Source of the DNA: Camelus dromedarius
Lineage: Eukaryota
Direction of reading: 5' to 3'
NCBI RefSeq assembly: GCF_036321535.1
Contig: NC_087449.1
Coordinates: 15,376,001-15,440,000, forward strand
Length of the DNA stretch: 64,000 nucleotides
Part shown: positions 22,982 through 37,432 of the stretch, piece after piece
Layout: every line of letters starts with the position of its first letter
Position numbering within the stretch: the first letter of the stretch is position 1
The notes under the pieces: generated by a model
Database searches by the model: none
The model's input: only the letters and a program-made list of their open reading frames with translations
What the model was told of the DNA's origin: nothing
Position numbers and translations under genes: made by a program

Positions 22982-25394
22982 GTAAATGTTATGTCTTCAA
23001 GGATTATCTTTTTTTTCTTGATTCGAGTATTGGATTATCACAGCCTTTACAATGCTAGATTCAATTAATCTACTCAGTGAAATTTATATTGTGCACTTAT
23101 TAGGCACTTACTATGTACTTCTGTTTAATTATGTCTTATTTTAGTAAAAGGTCAAAGATTTATGTCATCTGAAGAGAAACCAGAGTGCAATTATGTCTAA
23201 CTTTAATTGGAAGGCCTGTAATTTCTGTGTTACTGGGCAAAGAGCAAAGAATAGTTCTATAGTATATAAGGTGATCTCTCATTAATTTGAAAGTTTGTAT
23301 GAAAAACAAAGAGGGACTTTTTAATAGCTAACTATGACTTCTATAAGAATAGAACCAGTGTTGACTGCTTCCAAATTTTAAATGCATGAGACCTAGAAAA
23401 TGACACTTTCCAAGGACAGGTTTGCATTTACATGCCGACTTACTTTACCATCAGTGTATGAAATTGCTTCAAGTTTGACTCTAGAGAAGGCTGGCTAAAG
23501 AAGGAAAAGAATGTCCATCTTTTAAAAAAATCCTGAATTTAATCACACACAGAAGCTTGACTCTGCTTCCTTCTCAAGGTTATGTCTCAGTCAATTGTCA
23601 CTTATTTTAGGAGAGAATAGGAAGGAAGGATGGTAGCCATAAGATATGAGTTACTTAGAGAGGGAAGGATAATTGGGACAATCAGTATTGTTTGCATTTC
23701 TAGGACCAAGAAGAACCATTTGCCAGCTTAAGAAAGAAGCTGTGTCACGAGTATACTTGTAATTATGTTCAAATAGGTGAATCTCATTCCATTCACTATT
23801 GGGAAAAATCAGACATATGAAATGAAGATATTTTAACCAAAATTGACAGATAACCTTGACACTAAGAAATTAATTCAAGTAAATGATTGTATTCCACAGT
23901 AAAAGTCTAAATATATCCCTAAAATGGTAAATAATATTTTAATCCTTTTAAAATGTATTTCCAGCTTGTGAAGCACTTTTCACAAACCTTACTTTAATAG
24001 TAGTTTCTCAGAAGGCAGGAAAAATGAAACCAAAAGCAGTGGCATGTGTCTAGGGAAGACTGGGAAAACTGCTTAGAGCTAGGCAGGAACTTGCTGGGTC
24101 ATGAGCCAATTAGGTTGACACTTTCTGGGACCTAGTCTCCACTTTGAAGGTCCAGAGATTTCCCATTTCAAGCTAGGGTCCAGGAATGGTCAGGTACCCA
24201 AAAGGTTGTCTCAGGCTAACTAAAATAACACATGACATGTCCATTTTTCTCACTATAGTAAATCAAAATAGGGAATCAAACCAAAATTAGGGGCCATGAA
24301 CTCACCAGCTGTCAAATAAATCCAACTTGTAGAAGCAGGACATTTTCCCCTGCAGGTGGACTACCAGGTCACAATAAGAAGGTTGCCTGGTGAGTGTGGA
24401 ATCAGAATGAGGGGATATGGTAGAATGGAACGTTACTGGCATCAGGCTAAGATGGCCTGATACATCTGTCTCATCTTAGGAATGGGCTTGCCAAAGGTAC
24501 CAGAAAGCTCAAAGGTCTTCGGCTAAAACCCTCTCTATCCTCCAGAGATAACTTTGCCTTTAGGACTGGAAATATTCAAATGGGTGGGATGTCCTCTCCC
24601 CTAGATAGTACTCAGATGGGCACTTTCCACGTTTGCCAAGGTGATTATATTCTTTTCTAAGCTCCTATATCTATTAACTCTGCTTGATTGGACACATTTT
24701 TCTCTTAGGTATGTGGACACCATCAATCAGGTAATATTCAAGTTCTGGCTAGGGAACGATTTTCCTTTCAGGTGATTTTCCAAATCTGCTCTATGCTGCT
24801 GGGTGGATTTATTAATTAAACCTGCACAGGGCCTTTTATTTTACTATTTCCAAGTTTCAGGGTGTGAGGGAGGGATAAGTACTTAATGGTGGCTCACTTG
24901 TGCTGCAAAGATTGAGACCAATTCCATGTTAATGTTAGCTAGTGAATCACACTTGTCATCCAGTGAAATTTATTGGGCACAATGCGCCAGGCATTGGTGG
25001 TACATCAATTATCAAAACAGATAAAATCTCTAACCTATTAGAGCTGACACTGTGATGCACATAGGCAAAATATACTGCCAGGAAAGACTTGCAATGTTTT
25101 CAGTGGCATTGGTGATGAAAATTACTTAATATAAAACCAGACAAGAAATTCCTAAAGAACAGCAGTCTGCATGATTGCTGAGTACGTAGTGAGCACCCAT
25201 CAAAGAGTAGAGAATGTGCACATGGGAGTTGTTTGAAGTTTAAACAGATTTATGCAGGTTGAAATTTCTAAATATCAGGAGTGAGGATCTTTGATTTAGG
25301 CAAAAGCAATTTGGTCAAAACAGGCTGGCTGAGATGCAGTTGAGTAAAAATAATGACTTGATTGAAAATGATTTGCCTTAGAATGAGAGCCTCT

Positions 25395-25700
25395 TATACA
25401 CTATTGACATGTGTAGAAATTGGTACAACTATTTGTGAAGGCAATATGGGGCTATCTATCAGCATTTTAAATGAACATGCTCAAGCATTTTAACATATAG
25501 GAATTTATCCTAGGAACACACACATTGCGGAAAGAATTCGATTCAGCAATATTTAGTACTATAATATTTGCAATAGTGAACAGTTGGAAGACACCTAAGA
25601 ATTCATTGTTTAAGAATGTTGTAGTATATTAAAGTATGTTAAAAATAAGGTAAAATTATTTGTACTGCCATGGTAAGATGTCCAAGATGCTTTGGGCTAA
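25395..25700 (+). mobile_element. Old L1 (L1ME/L1MC-like) fragment
   Basis: gtgtagaaattggtacaac...ggcaatatgg...aggaatttatcctagga...tttgcaatagtgaacagttggaa. Confidence 0.6.
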
Positions 25701-27261
25701 AAAAAGGCAAAATAAGGAACAGAAGGTTAATTTTGTTTTGATTTACTAAACCATTTCCAAATAAGGCATGCCATTGATTGATAACTATTTAGAAATGTTT
25801 AAAAAATCTCCAGCCCACAAAAGTTCTGGATTCATTGATTTTATTGTTCTTATTATCTTATCACTTCATTAATTTGTTTGTTATTACAATGTCAAGGCAC
25901 ACCATCACAGGAAAATTGGAAAAGGTAGGAAAAGAAAAATGAGAATGTAAAGAACACCTGTGACATCCAGCATTCTAATAATTCTAAACTCCTCTGTAAA
26001 TACCTATTTAAATCCCTTTCTGTTCGTGTAAACATGGTTTTCAATCAAAACATGGGCTACACATGCCTCTGTTTCACCTGGTTTTGCTTATTCAGCAATG
26101 AGGCGTATTTGGAGGATGACTTCCTTTTCTTAAAAGTAGCTTTTCACGAGTTAAACATCTCAAAATAAAGAATGCATTGTCTGAAAATGAATTTAAAAAC
26201 ACACCAAGTCAATTGATAAAAAATGGATTAAAATGATGAACAGTACCTTAAAGTTGGGGAAAATACCTCAGATATACAAAAATTATCAATTTGGGAAAAG
26301 TCCAGAGACACAAATGTACCTGAAAAATATAATATAATTATTGATTATACCTTTGGTGCTTTTTCATCATTAAGGTAATACATGTTGACCAGACTTTCAA
26401 ATAACACAAAGATATGGAAAATGGAAAATGGTATATTTTTGAATGGCCCAAATCCCAAAAGTCTTCCAGTCATCTCTGGTTTTCTCAAGATTCACATATA
26501 AGTTATTTAAATGTGTGCTCACACTGCATGGACATTTTTATGTCAGGGCTCAAGACGAATAGATTCACACTATTCTCTTTAAAGCCTGGTGAGACTCTAT
26601 TCTAAGAACAAAGCAAAATTTAGCTAAATATTCTCCTATTGACGGCCTTACTGGTTCAACTAAAGTGTTATACATATGTGTGTGTGTACCCTTATACACA
26701 TTTATGTAAGTGTACTCATGTAGTTCTCTGGGTGAAATTCATTCCTACAAGTTGAATTTCTAGGAAAAAATTAGCTGAATAGAGTCTTTGGGTCAGAGTC
26801 TGGGTCTTTGGTTCCTTGAAATCATGTTATCAAGGAATGTTATAACATCTGAATGGGTGAAATCAATGTAAAAAAGTGCAAATACCCCATTGTTAAGTGG
26901 ACTAGCCAACACTACTTCAAAGTACAACACTTCAAACCTTTTCATTTTAAATTGTTTAAATGCACCATTTATTTAATGGATAGTCGAGGGAAATATCCTG
27001 AAAGCACAATAGAAATGCCATCACTCTGTGTTTGGTTTAAAAAGATGCTTAAATAAGGTGAGAAATTCAGGAAAATTTAACTTGCTATGGTTACTAAAAA
27101 AAAATGCCATTTTTTGACAGATTGGAGTGTCTTGAGTTTGCCTGTTGATATCAGTTGTGTCTGCATGCAGTGGCAGTCACACAGTCTCGTCTTTAGTTCT
27201 GGGTTATGCTGGGCAGCACTTCTATTTCCCTGGTTCTTATTGTCATGAAATGTGATTACAG

Positions 27262-27480
27262 GGCAAGAAGGCAGTGATGAAGTTCAGGAGCGCTGTGGAC
27301 AATTCCCAGGGAATGCATCGATATCAACCTCCGAACATTAACAGTTACATGATGCCTATTCCGCCTCCTCCTCCTGCCCCCAGTGGAAGACTCGCAAGGG
27401 AAAACAGACCTGAAACGTGGAGAAGGAGAAGATTCCGTCCAACCACTGCTCCAAATGGCTTAGAACCTCTCTTTACCAGG
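27262..27480 (+). CDS. ERICH3: ERICH3 coding exon 7 (219 nt)
   Basis: ttacag|GGC; GKKAVMKFRSAVDNSQGMHRYQPPNINSYMMPIPPPPPAPSGRLARENRPETWRRRRFRPTTAPNGLEPLFTR; AGG|gtgagt. Confidence 0.95.
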
Positions 27481-28629
27481 GTGAGTACGGAATCAAGTTT
27501 TCTTTTATTAAGTTAGCGCCGATGACATTGCACTGTTAGACTGCTAGGTATGTAGTAAAATAATCCAGGGAAATCAAATGCAAAATGCCTTGCAGAGGGA
27601 ATGTAATAATTTTATAAGCGTAGTGATTGTAAGATGAATGAATCGGAAACCAAATATTTGAGTAGTTCAGCTGAGTAACTTATCATAATTGATAAAAATA
27701 TCCAGTAAATTTTGTGCTCAAATTTAATTTGTACTATACCCATTTCCAAATCATTTATTTCCTTTAATCTGCCCATTCAATCACATGTTATCAGAAAGTA
27801 TTCTAACATTTAATTTGTGAAAACTCAGGAGCTTAAATATATCAAAAAGCACAATGTACCATGTAAAATAATTATTAAAGCTCACTGTTAACAATTTTTG
27901 GCAAATTACTGTATGATATTTAGAAAAATTTTCTTTTCAGTGTTCCTAAAAATACTGTAGTTTTTTGTAATTATCTCTTCAAAATACTGACGAAGAAATA
28001 GCATTAAGGTCACTTTATACACTTATAGGCCAGTATGAAGGCAACAGAGCTCCCAATTTTTATGGTGTAAGAATACAACTAAGAGCAAGTATATGTAATT
28101 TTTCTGACTCTTAGCAGATGTCTGGGTCAACATGTCAGTGATGGAGAATCAGGGGGTGACGTGCTGACCATGCCTGTGGACGGCATGCTGGCTCCTCAAA
28201 GCCAACCTTTATTTACCCCTTGTCCACATCTCACTTCCAGCAGCTGTCCCCACCAGTGAGTTTCCTCACCAATAACCTTCTCGAAAAATTGGGACTGTTT
28301 TCCTCGTGCTTGTTCAGATCCTTTCCTTTCAAATCACCTGTTCCCAATCCCCTTCCTTTGTTCCGGTCTCTGACAGAGCACTGTAGCCCTCATCCCTGAG
28401 GCCCACCCTCCACCCTGCTCCTTGATCTTTTCCTTTTCCGCTGCCTATGACACCTTGCGTCATCTGTCACTCTCCTCTCTAATGTGGACTTTCATTCCTT
28501 CCTCTAATATTTGTCTCTGTCCCTCAGCATACCCAGGTCTTACAGAGAGTAACCAAGTCCTTTCCTCACATTCTGTAGCCTGAGACTCCTGTTTCCTCCT
28601 GTCCGACTGGAAAGTTCTCTGAAAGGCAG

Positions 28630-28925
28630 TTTGCTGTTGCCTACAGTAACAAACAACCCCAGGCAACTCGGCTTCCAACCACAAAGGTTTATTTCTTTTT
28701 CTCATTACTGTCTGTTGCTGGTCAGCTGCAATTCAGGGACCCAGATGGGAGGAGCAGTCCCTGTCTTGGCTATGTTGGCCTTGTGGATGGAAGAGTCATG
28801 GAACCCTTTTAAGATTCCATGTCACACCTGAATTCCATTGCCAAAGCCTGACCACAGTGGAGTGGGAAGTATCTTCTCACAGTGAAGGGCAGTGAATGTT
28901 TGGAGCAATGATAGAATCTGCCATA
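28630..28925 (-). mobile_element. Old MaLR LTR (MLT1K/L-like)
   Basis: gtaacaaacaacccc...acaaaggtttatttcttt...ccattgccaaagc...gggaagtat. Confidence 0.55.
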
Positions 28926-31900
28926 TCCACTGAGTTCCTTTGAACTCTGTCTGCTGGCATTGGTCCCCCAGGCCAACACACATGCTCTCTTGAAGGTCAT
29001 GGCCCCCACTTACATAAACAATGACTTTCTCATTATCCTTATCTGGTGGCAGCATTTTATTTTCTGATGTTAAAATATATTACTGGGATAAACTCCACCA
29101 GCTCATATTTTTAAAGAAAGTTTAAGTGTCATATAAACCAAAGAGTATGTAAAATCTGTATGTGTAAGTTAAAAAACAACAAACACTCATGGACACACTA
29201 TTTTTCTCAACAAAGTGGAGCACTTGTCACATGAAGAGCTCTCTGTTTTGTGCCCTGTCACATCCTCTACTCCTTCCCAGAGCAACCACCATACTGATAC
29301 CCATGTTAACTGGGTCCCTGATTTTCTCTGGAGTTCTAGTACTTACATGCATAAAAACTTCAGGAATAATCTCAAACCTAGCATTGTAATGAAACGATAA
29401 CACTTACAGGAGTAAAGAAGCTGAATAGAGCCTTTGGTTTGATTTTGATTTAGGTTTGGTCCCTTGACAGTTTTAAGACCCTCTTGTGGGGAAGTGAGAG
29501 AGGACAGGTTGTGAGTGTGCCCTAGTAAAAGGGGGCCCACCAAGGCCAGGGCCTCATGTGGGCCAGACACTGGCTGTTCAGCAGGAATATGGTCAGGCGA
29601 ACAGGCTTCTGTAGCTGGGCACAGAGGAGAGAGCAGCAACTTCTCCAACCTGTAGTCATGACAGGTGAAGCATGGATAAGCATCTGAGCTGGCCTCCCCT
29701 GGGCGTTCTGCATTCAGGTTAGAAACACAGCAGGTGTCAGCAGGTATCCTGGCTCTGACAGACCTTGGCATGTCTGGCTCTTGAGTTCACAAGCTTTCAG
29801 TCTGACTTGGTCTTTTTTTTTTTTTTTTTTAAAAAAAAGAACTTCTCTCTTGTTTGGAATCCCTATTTGAGGAATGTTGGAACTACTAGATGGATGCTCT
29901 AATATTCTTAGCTTTTCTCTCCTGTTTCTACTTCTTTGCCTCTTTGCTCTACTTGCTGAGAGATTTCTTCAGTTTTATCTTGCACACATTCCACTGACAT
30001 TTTTCTTTTCCTGCCATGTTTTAATTCCTAGAACTCCTTTCATGTTCACCAAATGTTACTTTTAGAAAGTGTCTTATTCTTGTTCTGTATGGTTTGGTTC
30101 TTTGGTACCTGTGAAAACTAGCTTTGTGGGCTAATATATGCTCAAGTTTTGTAAAGAATGTGATTCACTAATTGTTGGGAGCCGAGTTCTATAAATGTCC
30201 AAAAGACAAGAAATGCCAATTATGCCATTCTTATTTTTATATCCTTAGCATTCTTTTCTAACTGCTTGTTCTCTCAGTTCTTGAGTCCTAGTGATAATTC
30301 TTCTCTGTAGTTTGTGGATTTGTCAAGTTTCTCCTGGTAATTATGTCAGGTTCTGCTTTGTCAATGTTGAGAAAACCTGGTTATATGCTCTAAGATAGGG
30401 TACTCTATCCTCCGGGTGAAGTGATTCTTTGTTATTAAAAAAAAATGATCCTCTTTATCGCTTACAACTTTTGGCCTTCAAATTTATTTTGTCTAATAAA
30501 ACCCCTTATTTTCTTTAGATTTTATGTGTATCCTATATAAAGGAATATATGTGTATTCCTTTTACGTTCAGTCTTTCAATGTCTTTAGCTTTAAGCTCTA
30601 GGCTTTAAACGTGTTTATGCAGCATTTGGGTGCTTTGTGTTTATTTCAATCTGAGAATCTCCTTTCCTTTAATGAGTGAGTTTAGTCTGATGACATTATT
30701 TTCTTTGGTGGTATATTTAGACTTCCTTCTCCTACCTTATTTTGCATTTTTTACTCACCATGGTTTTTCTTTGATTGTAGCATTTTATGCTGTTATTGCC
30801 TCTTCCTTGAAACTTCCCTCTCTTGCCTCCACAGAATTCTGCTTTCCTGGTTCTTTGGTCTCTCCTTTTGCCTCTTGTCTTGTTCCTTTGTGTCTCTTTC
30901 ATCTTCAGCCCTAAACCTTGCCATCACCGTGGGCTTAGACCTTGACACTCATTTGTCTATTCAGAATGTGGTCATCTTCCATTCTACATGGCTTCGGTAG
31001 CTTTCTAGCTGGCTCTTGGATTTGTCACTTGTGCCTAGGTCCTGGGGTTTAGAATAAAATTGGCACAGTGGGGTAAATCATGCACTTTTACTTTAGTATT
31101 TAGGTATATTTTATTTTGACCTAGAAAGAGTCATTTAAGGAGAGGTGGCTCTCATGACTATTACGTATTAAATTCATTCTTTCCTTTTGTGACTACTAGC
31201 CCAAAGCATCCTTCAAATGCTCTTAAAAGGAAAGAAAGAAGTAAAAGGAAGAAAGAGGCAAAGAAACAGGGCTTGCTGGTGGCCCACAACCTGTTCCTCT
31301 GAGAATGTGTACAGCAGGTCCCAGGTTTCTGTGACCTGTGTCTCAAGGTCATGATCCATGAGGCCGAAGACTGTGTGGAGAGTGCCCAGCCCACCACATT
31401 GCTTCTGCACCCTGTTGCGTTCTAATGCGGGGATACGATACCTGCAGAGCTTTACAACACTTTCACAGAACCTGCGAGACTAGTTAGATTTTGCTCTGAG
31501 GTCTACCTCACCCATCTGCAGATTTTCGTGTTCCCACTCAGGACTGAAGTCACCCACTCTACACAGCAGCCTGCTGAAAATGAGGGAGGTCCTATAAATA
31601 GTGACTACAGGTGTGAAAATCCAGGCTTTCAAATAAGAACCCACTTAACCATTATGTGAATCAATTAAAAAAATAAAACACACTGTGTTTTATTTTTTTA
31701 TATGTTTTGTGAAAGAGAGGGCAAAGAACTTCTCCAGGCATGAACTAGTCCAGGCTTTCCCCATGTCTGACTGAGGCCCCCATCCACCTCCCAGTCTCCA
31801 GATAAGCCTTGTGTAATTACAGATGCCTGAACAACGGGTAGGAAGTTAGCAGATAGAATCAGGGAGCAGAGGATTAAAGGCAGAAGGGGAAAAAGAGAAG

Positions 31901-32079
31901 AAGCAGAGTCCATTTCAGTAGTAGATTCTACAGAATGATGTTAAAGTAAACTTTGTAGAATAGCTCCCAGCATGTTTCTCCCCTGCTTGAAACCTTCACT
32001 AGCTTCTCCTTTCCTAAAGAAAGTAAGTATGTTCTTCTGCCTGGCTGTTTTAAAATGTAGATTTTCTTATTATTCAGGT

Positions 32080-32660
32080 ATGTCGAGACTTGTAGATCAG
32101 GAGACAGTTGTCATTGAAAAGACAGTTTGTCACTGACAGTTCTCAAGAGGAAGGAACATGCCCATATATATTAGTCAAGGTTCCATCCAGAATATTGCAT
32201 GACCACGTATCTGAGCTCTGTTGGCTCAACTAAGTGGATAGATAAAATGAACCATCACACCAGCCCATGCAGGGCCACACAGGGAAGCACCAAGATTGTC
32301 AGGGGTGCACGTGGGAGGAGGGGGTGGGAAAGAGCCTCTGTTGTGGTTTCTGAGGGAAGGAATGGGTGAGGCAGGTAAGCAGATTTAGGACTGAGCACTG
32401 TGAATGATTTTAGCTGGCTCTGGGGTGTTGGGGCCGTCCCGAGCGGCCTGGGACCTGGTCCAGGGCCAGGGAATCTTGGCCCAGAGTGTGAGAGGCTGGG
32501 GGAGTGGATGTGGGCTCTCTGTTGGTTGGTTTGCACGCAAAAAACATTCTCCCCAGCAAGTCATTACTATCTCTAGGAACTGGTTAGTCCTGGGAGGGGC
32601 AGTGTCCCAGGGCCGGTAAGGACCAGAATCTCAAAACATCAGAATAAAAGGACGTGCTTA
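32080..32660. mobile_element. LTR (MER21/MER68-like)
   Basis: gatcaggagacagttgtcattgaaaagacagtttgtcactgacagttc...agggaagcaccaagattg...tctctaggaactggttagtcctgggaggggcagt. Confidence 0.55.
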
Positions 32661-35600
32661 GTGTCCTAGCGTTCAAGGGCTTTCAGATGTTGGCCCCTTT
32701 CCAGCGTTCTCTCTGCTCCTAGCCGAGCCAAACTGAACTCCTTTCTATACCCTCAGTTGGTTGGTCCACCACTTCCCCATCTCAGGTCTATGCTTTTTTT
32801 TTTTAAATTACTTTCTCCCAGAAATTCTTTTTCTATGAGGTGCCCGTGAGTGCCTGAGAGAGAAGAGTGTGTCTCCATACCCGCCCTTCCCTGGGCTCAA
32901 AGGCATCACGCTCTACAGTGCACTTCTCTGCATCGTAGTAGGATCCCTGCTCTTCCTCCCTGTAAGAAGCCTTTGTTACTTTTCTTACATCCATTATGAT
33001 ATTCTGCTTAGCACAAATACTCATGTACCTTTATTATTTCTCACTGCTACTCTCAGATCATGAAGGCTGTTGAGGGCAGGCATTTGCTTTTATTTAGCTT
33101 TAATCAAATGCTTATTAGTAATGTGTTCATAAATGGATGTTGCTTTCTTATCTGCACAGAAATTGCAAAAATTAAACTTTTAATTATACTTTTTAGCATA
33201 AGAAAATATTATGGGTGTCAATTATGCCTTTCAGATATAGCTCCCTTTTCTCCAACCATGAATAAAGCCTAACAAATATTAGCTTTGAAAGATTGCATAT
33301 TTCTCTTGTTTGACTTAATTTAAGGAATTTTTAAAAATTTTCTTTCTAGTCAGTGCATTATCTTGATATTTTTTTCCTCTTGGTTTTTCTCACCAGTAGA
33401 CTCAGATTTAAGAATGAAAAAGGAAAACATTAGCATGATTTTGATATATGGTAGTTCAACGTATCTCATGGTAGGCTTGATTTATTTTAGGCAAACGTTT
33501 TCCTTTAAACAATGTTTTTGCTTAAAATTAGCATTGCAGTTTGGTAACTACATAACTAAAAAGAACTTAAGAAACATTTTCAAAGTCCATTCAACAATCA
33601 AAATATCTTAACAGCTGGCATTGTGGATTGTGGAACAAAACCCTAGAAGAAAGGAAAAACCAAAAATGCTCCTGGGTGTCAGGGCAGACCGCTGTATTAA
33701 GGGGATCCGATTTGGGGGACTTCTCACCAAAAGCCAAATCCAGCTGGATAATTTCCAGCTCTTAACAGAATCAAGGAATCCATCCTGTTGAGGGAGATGA
33801 GGAAGGGAAGTCTCGCATGTTAACCCAGCATCCTCAAATTCTGGAGCTCAGATACCTCCAGAAGGCTGGAGACATCTGGGGGCATGTCCTGAATAAGTAC
33901 TGAGATATGGGTTACACGGTAACAAAAATAAAAAAATGGGCAAGAGGAAAGTGAAAAGAAGACACATAATAAAAGCAAAGGAGGGAGGAGGCGAGAACAG
34001 GAGAAAACAGCAAGAAAGAGCAGAACCAATTGAGTATAGTGAGGACAGGTTTCCATCAAAACCAGTGGCTTCCTGCGCCTTTAGGATGTGAACAGTCTCT
34101 TCTTCTGGCTCGTGTCAGAATTTCCTCTCCCTGAGACTGAATCAGAGTCAACATGGGGACTGTCTGCCACTCTTCATGGGCCAGGCTTCTTATCAGTCTG
34201 TATCAAGGCTAAACCAACAAAGGTGGTGTTTTGTTGAATAGGATGCTGGTGAACCAGTTTTCATGTTCTGGGACCAATTCACTGAGTTCCTGCAAAGGTA
34301 GAAAAGTTCTGATTTAGCATGGGGTCAACCTACTGTTGCTTTTGTCTCAACAAAGGACAGAATGTGGAATTGTTGCATGTCTGTGTCCAGCCCTTACTAG
34401 GTGTCAGCACTGGCTGACACGGGGCATAAAGATTGGTAAAACACTGTCCTTTTCTACTGAGAGAGAGGAGTAAAAGGAAGTAGTGTCAATGCCACGTGAC
34501 TTACAGCTATACCTATCTCGAGATTAAAAACATGGTGGTCATACTCTGGCCACTACAATTAATTCAGTTGCTGGACCTTTAAATGTAACACAAGAAATTG
34601 CAATTGTTGAAAAGGTAGGGTTAGAGAATAGAAGACTTTTTTCCTTGTTGTCTGAGGAATGTTGGATCTTATCCTATGGATACTGGGGGACTTTAAGCAG
34701 GAGAGTCACATGATCTATTTAGTGACAGGAGGCAGGAGATTTTTGAAGGACACCGGGCTAGAAGTGCAAAGACCAGCTAGTAGGGTGACCGTACACCCCA
34801 GCTTTCCTGAAACAGTTCAAATTCATGCTCTTTTTTATAGCATGCTGACTAGGAATTTACTGCAGTGGTTGCGGTTAAGACTTTATGATGTCCAGAGTTC
34901 ATCAGGGCTTGGCTAAGAAGATTCAGAGGAGTTGCTGTCCAACACTGTCAGCAAGAACAGGTGCTTTGACACCTACAGCCTCTTAAACCCCCTCTCACAC
35001 AGGCCTGGGCAGTGAAAAGTCAATTGAATGCTACGTGTTACAAATATGTAATGGCTGAATGCTTAACCATTCAGTAGGCTTGCTGTTAATTTGCCATCTC
35101 AGATTGTACTTGCCTGAGAAATCCGAAAAATGAGAAGGAAAGTCGTAAGCAACTGGTCAAGGAAGTAAAAGAGTTGGTCCTCAGTTGTGCAGGGGCAGGA
35201 GCCTCGCTCCTGATCTTACAATGCAAATGAATTTGCTTGGAAGGTTTTGATACTCGCTTGAGGACAGTAGAAAGGGCCGTGAAACCTTGCTAAAGTTTCA
35301 GCAGTCTGGGGTCATTATAACCTTGGAAGATGGTAAGTATAGAGGCAGTTTAGTCAACTGAAAGAAACAATTGTTTGTTTCTTAGTGCCTGTATTTAATC
35401 ATGAGCTGTCACTCCTATCAGAACCCAGAAAAGGTTACTTGGTGGCAATAATTGGAGAATATTTTTAAAAGGAATGAAGCAGTCAGACCCAAGAGAAAAG
35501 AGATGTTGCTTTCAGGAATGCACTTAAGCAGGAAAAAAAAAAAAGGAACTAAGAGTAAATGAAAAGGGTGAAGAGCTGTCATTTCCTTTATTTTGTTTTT

Positions 35601-37432
35601 AAAGCTTTTCTTCGTTCCAGTTTTTCATTTTGCATAGGAGACAGGCCTTTCCTCTACCTTAATCCCACTATTACCTTGTATTTATATGCTGCTTATCCCC
35701 CAGAAGCTCGCAGGGCTATCTCTGAATCCACAGCACTTTAGAAAGAATTGCTTAACAAAGTGGGATGCTTTTACTTAATCCATCATAGCATTAAATGTTC
35801 TAGTGGGGGCTCGGAGCTGGATTTGCCTTAGGCTGGTGACTGTGCGTTGGGCTGCACATGTGTGTGTCACGGCTCCTCAGCTGCTCAGGCAAGAGGAAAC
35901 ATGGGGTGATTTTGCAACTAGGAGCCAGGCCTCCCATCAACCCTTTGCCTTCAACTATGACTCAGGGCGATGTTGCTAATCTGCAAAGACTTACCCAGCT
36001 TGCTGGTTTGCCTTCATGGCTCCTGTTGCCCCTGAAACTTTTCTCTTGATTATCTCTCTACTTGGGAGCTCTGTTTGTCTATAGGCAGGACAATTTGCTC
36101 AGATTTTAAATCTCAGGCTTTCCCACCAATTTACCCTTTTTGGACGGTCATTTGCAGATTTTCGTTTCATCAGATTTACTTTCTCTGTTTTTGCTTCAGA
36201 GGAATAGAATCGAATGAGAAAAAATCCTCTGAAGTGGAAGGGGATGGGTTTGGAGAGGGAAATATTTTAGTAGTTCCTTCAGAATTTTTTTTCAGCTTTG
36301 TCATTCTTAATAAAATGCATGCTTCTAAGGCGTATGTAATTCAATGAACTCAAACTCAAATAATTGCCTTGGATTCACTGAAAGTTAGTCTCTTCACATT
36401 TTTCATTTAGCTAAAAATTGATTTTTAGAAAAGTGAAGTAGATTAAAAGTAATTCCTGGCCTCTGTTTGGTTCTGGAAATCTACAGCAGTCTTCCTGGGC
36501 CCTCGAGAAGTATCTCAAGGAGCCATTCTTTCTTCTCTGCCTCCTCTTCCTCTTCCATTTCCGGCTTCTCTTTCCTTGTCTTCCTCTTAAATGTTAGGCA
36601 AACGCTGCTCATTCACTACTGTGCAAACACCAGAATATCACCTAGGAGGCAAGGCATTGGACATTTAGTCCCTGGCATGTAAGTTTTTGTTTATTTTATA
36701 AATAATTTAAATTGGTCAATGCCATAGAATATCAGATAGGTTTATGAGGTGATTTTTTGTTGGGTATATATTGTTTAATATTAAAAATCATATCAATAAT
36801 GTTGTTTTTTCATTGAACTAAATGCCTCCTGTGGAACTGGCTAATCCCGGGTACATGGCATACGTTGTTCCTGTTCCTCAGAGGGGCCGTCGAAGGACTC
36901 AGGTGTACGCATCTCCCTCTCACGTAGAATAAGCCCAGGGAAGGAGGTGTTGTCAGTGCTCGCGTGTGAAGATCAAACACTCAATTACAAAAACAGTTGC
37001 CAAGTCACAGTTCATGTCCACTCGAATTAGAACAAAATCATGTCCCCAATGTTTATTTAATTATTTGATTTGAATTTTTGTTTTGAGAACCAGCTCAAAG
37101 ATCCAAGGGTAGTCTCCTCTGGACGTCATTGGTCTTTCTGTTGTATATAGAACACACACACACACGTAAACAGTAGGTGACAAACTTTATCCAGACCCCT
37201 AGCATTTATATCAAAAATACAAAGCCAAAACATATAAATGCTCTAGTTGTTGAAGGAATGTGTTTTGTAACGGGCTTGGCTTTCTGTGCACTGTATGGAT
37301 TGACGTTTTATAAAGGTCTTGTCACGAGGTACATGAAAATTGCCTTTTCTACTCTTTGTATTACAATGTCATCTCACTCTGATTAGAAGGTAATTAGTTA
37401 ATAAGTCCCCCCTTTTTTGTTGTTTATTCTAG

